Assembly: GCA_012862495.1 (NCBI GenBank)
Contig: BLSG01000142.1
Location: forward strand, 1 to 44,997
Origin: Thraustochytrium aureum
Taxonomy: Eukaryota
Length of the DNA: 44,997 bases
Reading direction: 5' to 3'
In this document: in pieces, positions 42,341 through 44,997 of the stretch
Layout of the letters: each line of letters opens with the position of its first letter
Position numbering within the stretch: the first letter of the stretch is position 1
Notes under the pieces: model-generated
The model's input: the letters and a program-made list of their open reading frames with translations, nothing else
What the model was told of the DNA's origin: nothing
Databases searched by the model: none
Made by a program: the position numbers and the translations under genes

Positions 42341-43018
42341 GCAGCCTCGTAGTCGGTCTCGCACGCGTATTCGCACGCAAGATACGCCGCTGAGCTTTCG
42401 AGGGCGCGCTCGACGCCAGCAGCCAGCCGTGGATCGCTCTCGGCACGCTCGTATGCTCGAGGCCCCGTGACCCCTGGCGATGTAGCCTGCGCAACAACCA
42501 TTGTTCTTTGCTCCAGCTCCAGCGTTTTGATCTCCTTCATGTGAGTAGNNNNNNNNNNNNNNNNNNNNNNNNNNNNNNNNNNNNNNNNNNNNNNNNNNNN
42601 NNNNNNNNNNNNNNNNNNNNNNNNNNNNNNNNNNNNNNNNNNNNNNNNNNNNNNNNNNNNNNNNNNNNNNNNNNNNNNNNNNNNNNNNNNNNNNNNNNNN
42701 NNNNNNNNNNNNNNNNNNNNNNNNNNNNNNNNNNNNNNNNNNNNNNNNNNNNNNNNNNNNNNNNNNNNNNNNNNNNNNNNNNNNNNNNNNNNNNNNNNNN
42801 NNNNNNNNNNNNNNNNNNNNNNNNNNNNNNNNNNNNNNNNNNNNNNNNNNNNNNNNNNNNNNNNNNNNNNNNNNNNNNNNNNNNNNNNNNNNNNNNNNNN
42901 NNNNNNNNNNNNNNNNNNNNNNNNNNNNNNNNNNNNNNNNNNNNNNNNNNNNNNNNNNNNNNNNNNNNNNNNNNNNNNNNNNNNNNNNNNNNNNNNNNNN
43001 NNNNNNNNNNNNNNNNNG

Positions 43019-44874
<1,856 letters not shown>

Positions 44875-44997
44875 GTAGGTCCATGCTGGTTTGCTTTGTT
44901 TGCGCGCGTGGGAAAGGGGGAAGCGGGTCTAGGTTGTTGCTTTGCGGTTTGCTATCGGGGGCGGTGGCCTGGGCCGGCGCGCTCGGGCCGCCTCTCT
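44875..44997 (+). other. Probable intron start in the AlaRS gene, running off the window
   Basis: GAG|GTAGGT donor right after FDFAHPRPLSKDE. AlaRS similarity stops there and the sequence becomes T/G-rich and low in complexity. Confidence 0.7.

Overview
This is GC-rich, compact, intron-poor eukaryotic nuclear DNA from a flagellated protist. Gene content and style are compatible with a stramenopile such as a thraustochytrid/labyrinthulomycete, but that is inference. The scaffold has nine N-gaps and several single-base indels in homopolymer runs, probably sequencing errors. Genes in order: RPL8/uL2 (minus, one 100-nt intron); an approximately 5000-aa outer-arm beta-type dynein heavy chain (minus); IFT139/TTC21 (plus); a small LLC1/C20orf85-like protein (minus); an LRRC43-like LRR protein (plus); an FSH1/OVCA2 serine hydrolase fused to a HAD hydrolase (plus); RAD54 (plus); an IQ-motif protein whose C-terminal dual-specificity-phosphatase-like domain has Ser in place of the catalytic Cys (minus, partly hidden by frameshifts); a large, divergent DOCK/DHR-2-like protein with a PxLPxK motif and PH-like tail (plus); a coiled-coil protein (minus); an HSP20 (plus); and a bacterial-type, probably mitochondrial alanyl-tRNA synthetase (plus, truncated by the window). 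Best leads are the IQ-pseudophosphatase, the FSH1-HAD fusion, the DOCK-like protein, a four-gene ciliary cluster in two head-to-head pairs, and an exact Homol-E-like element upstream of RPL8. I found no rRNA, tRNA, CRISPR array or mobile element. All family assignments come from recalled motifs, not database searches.
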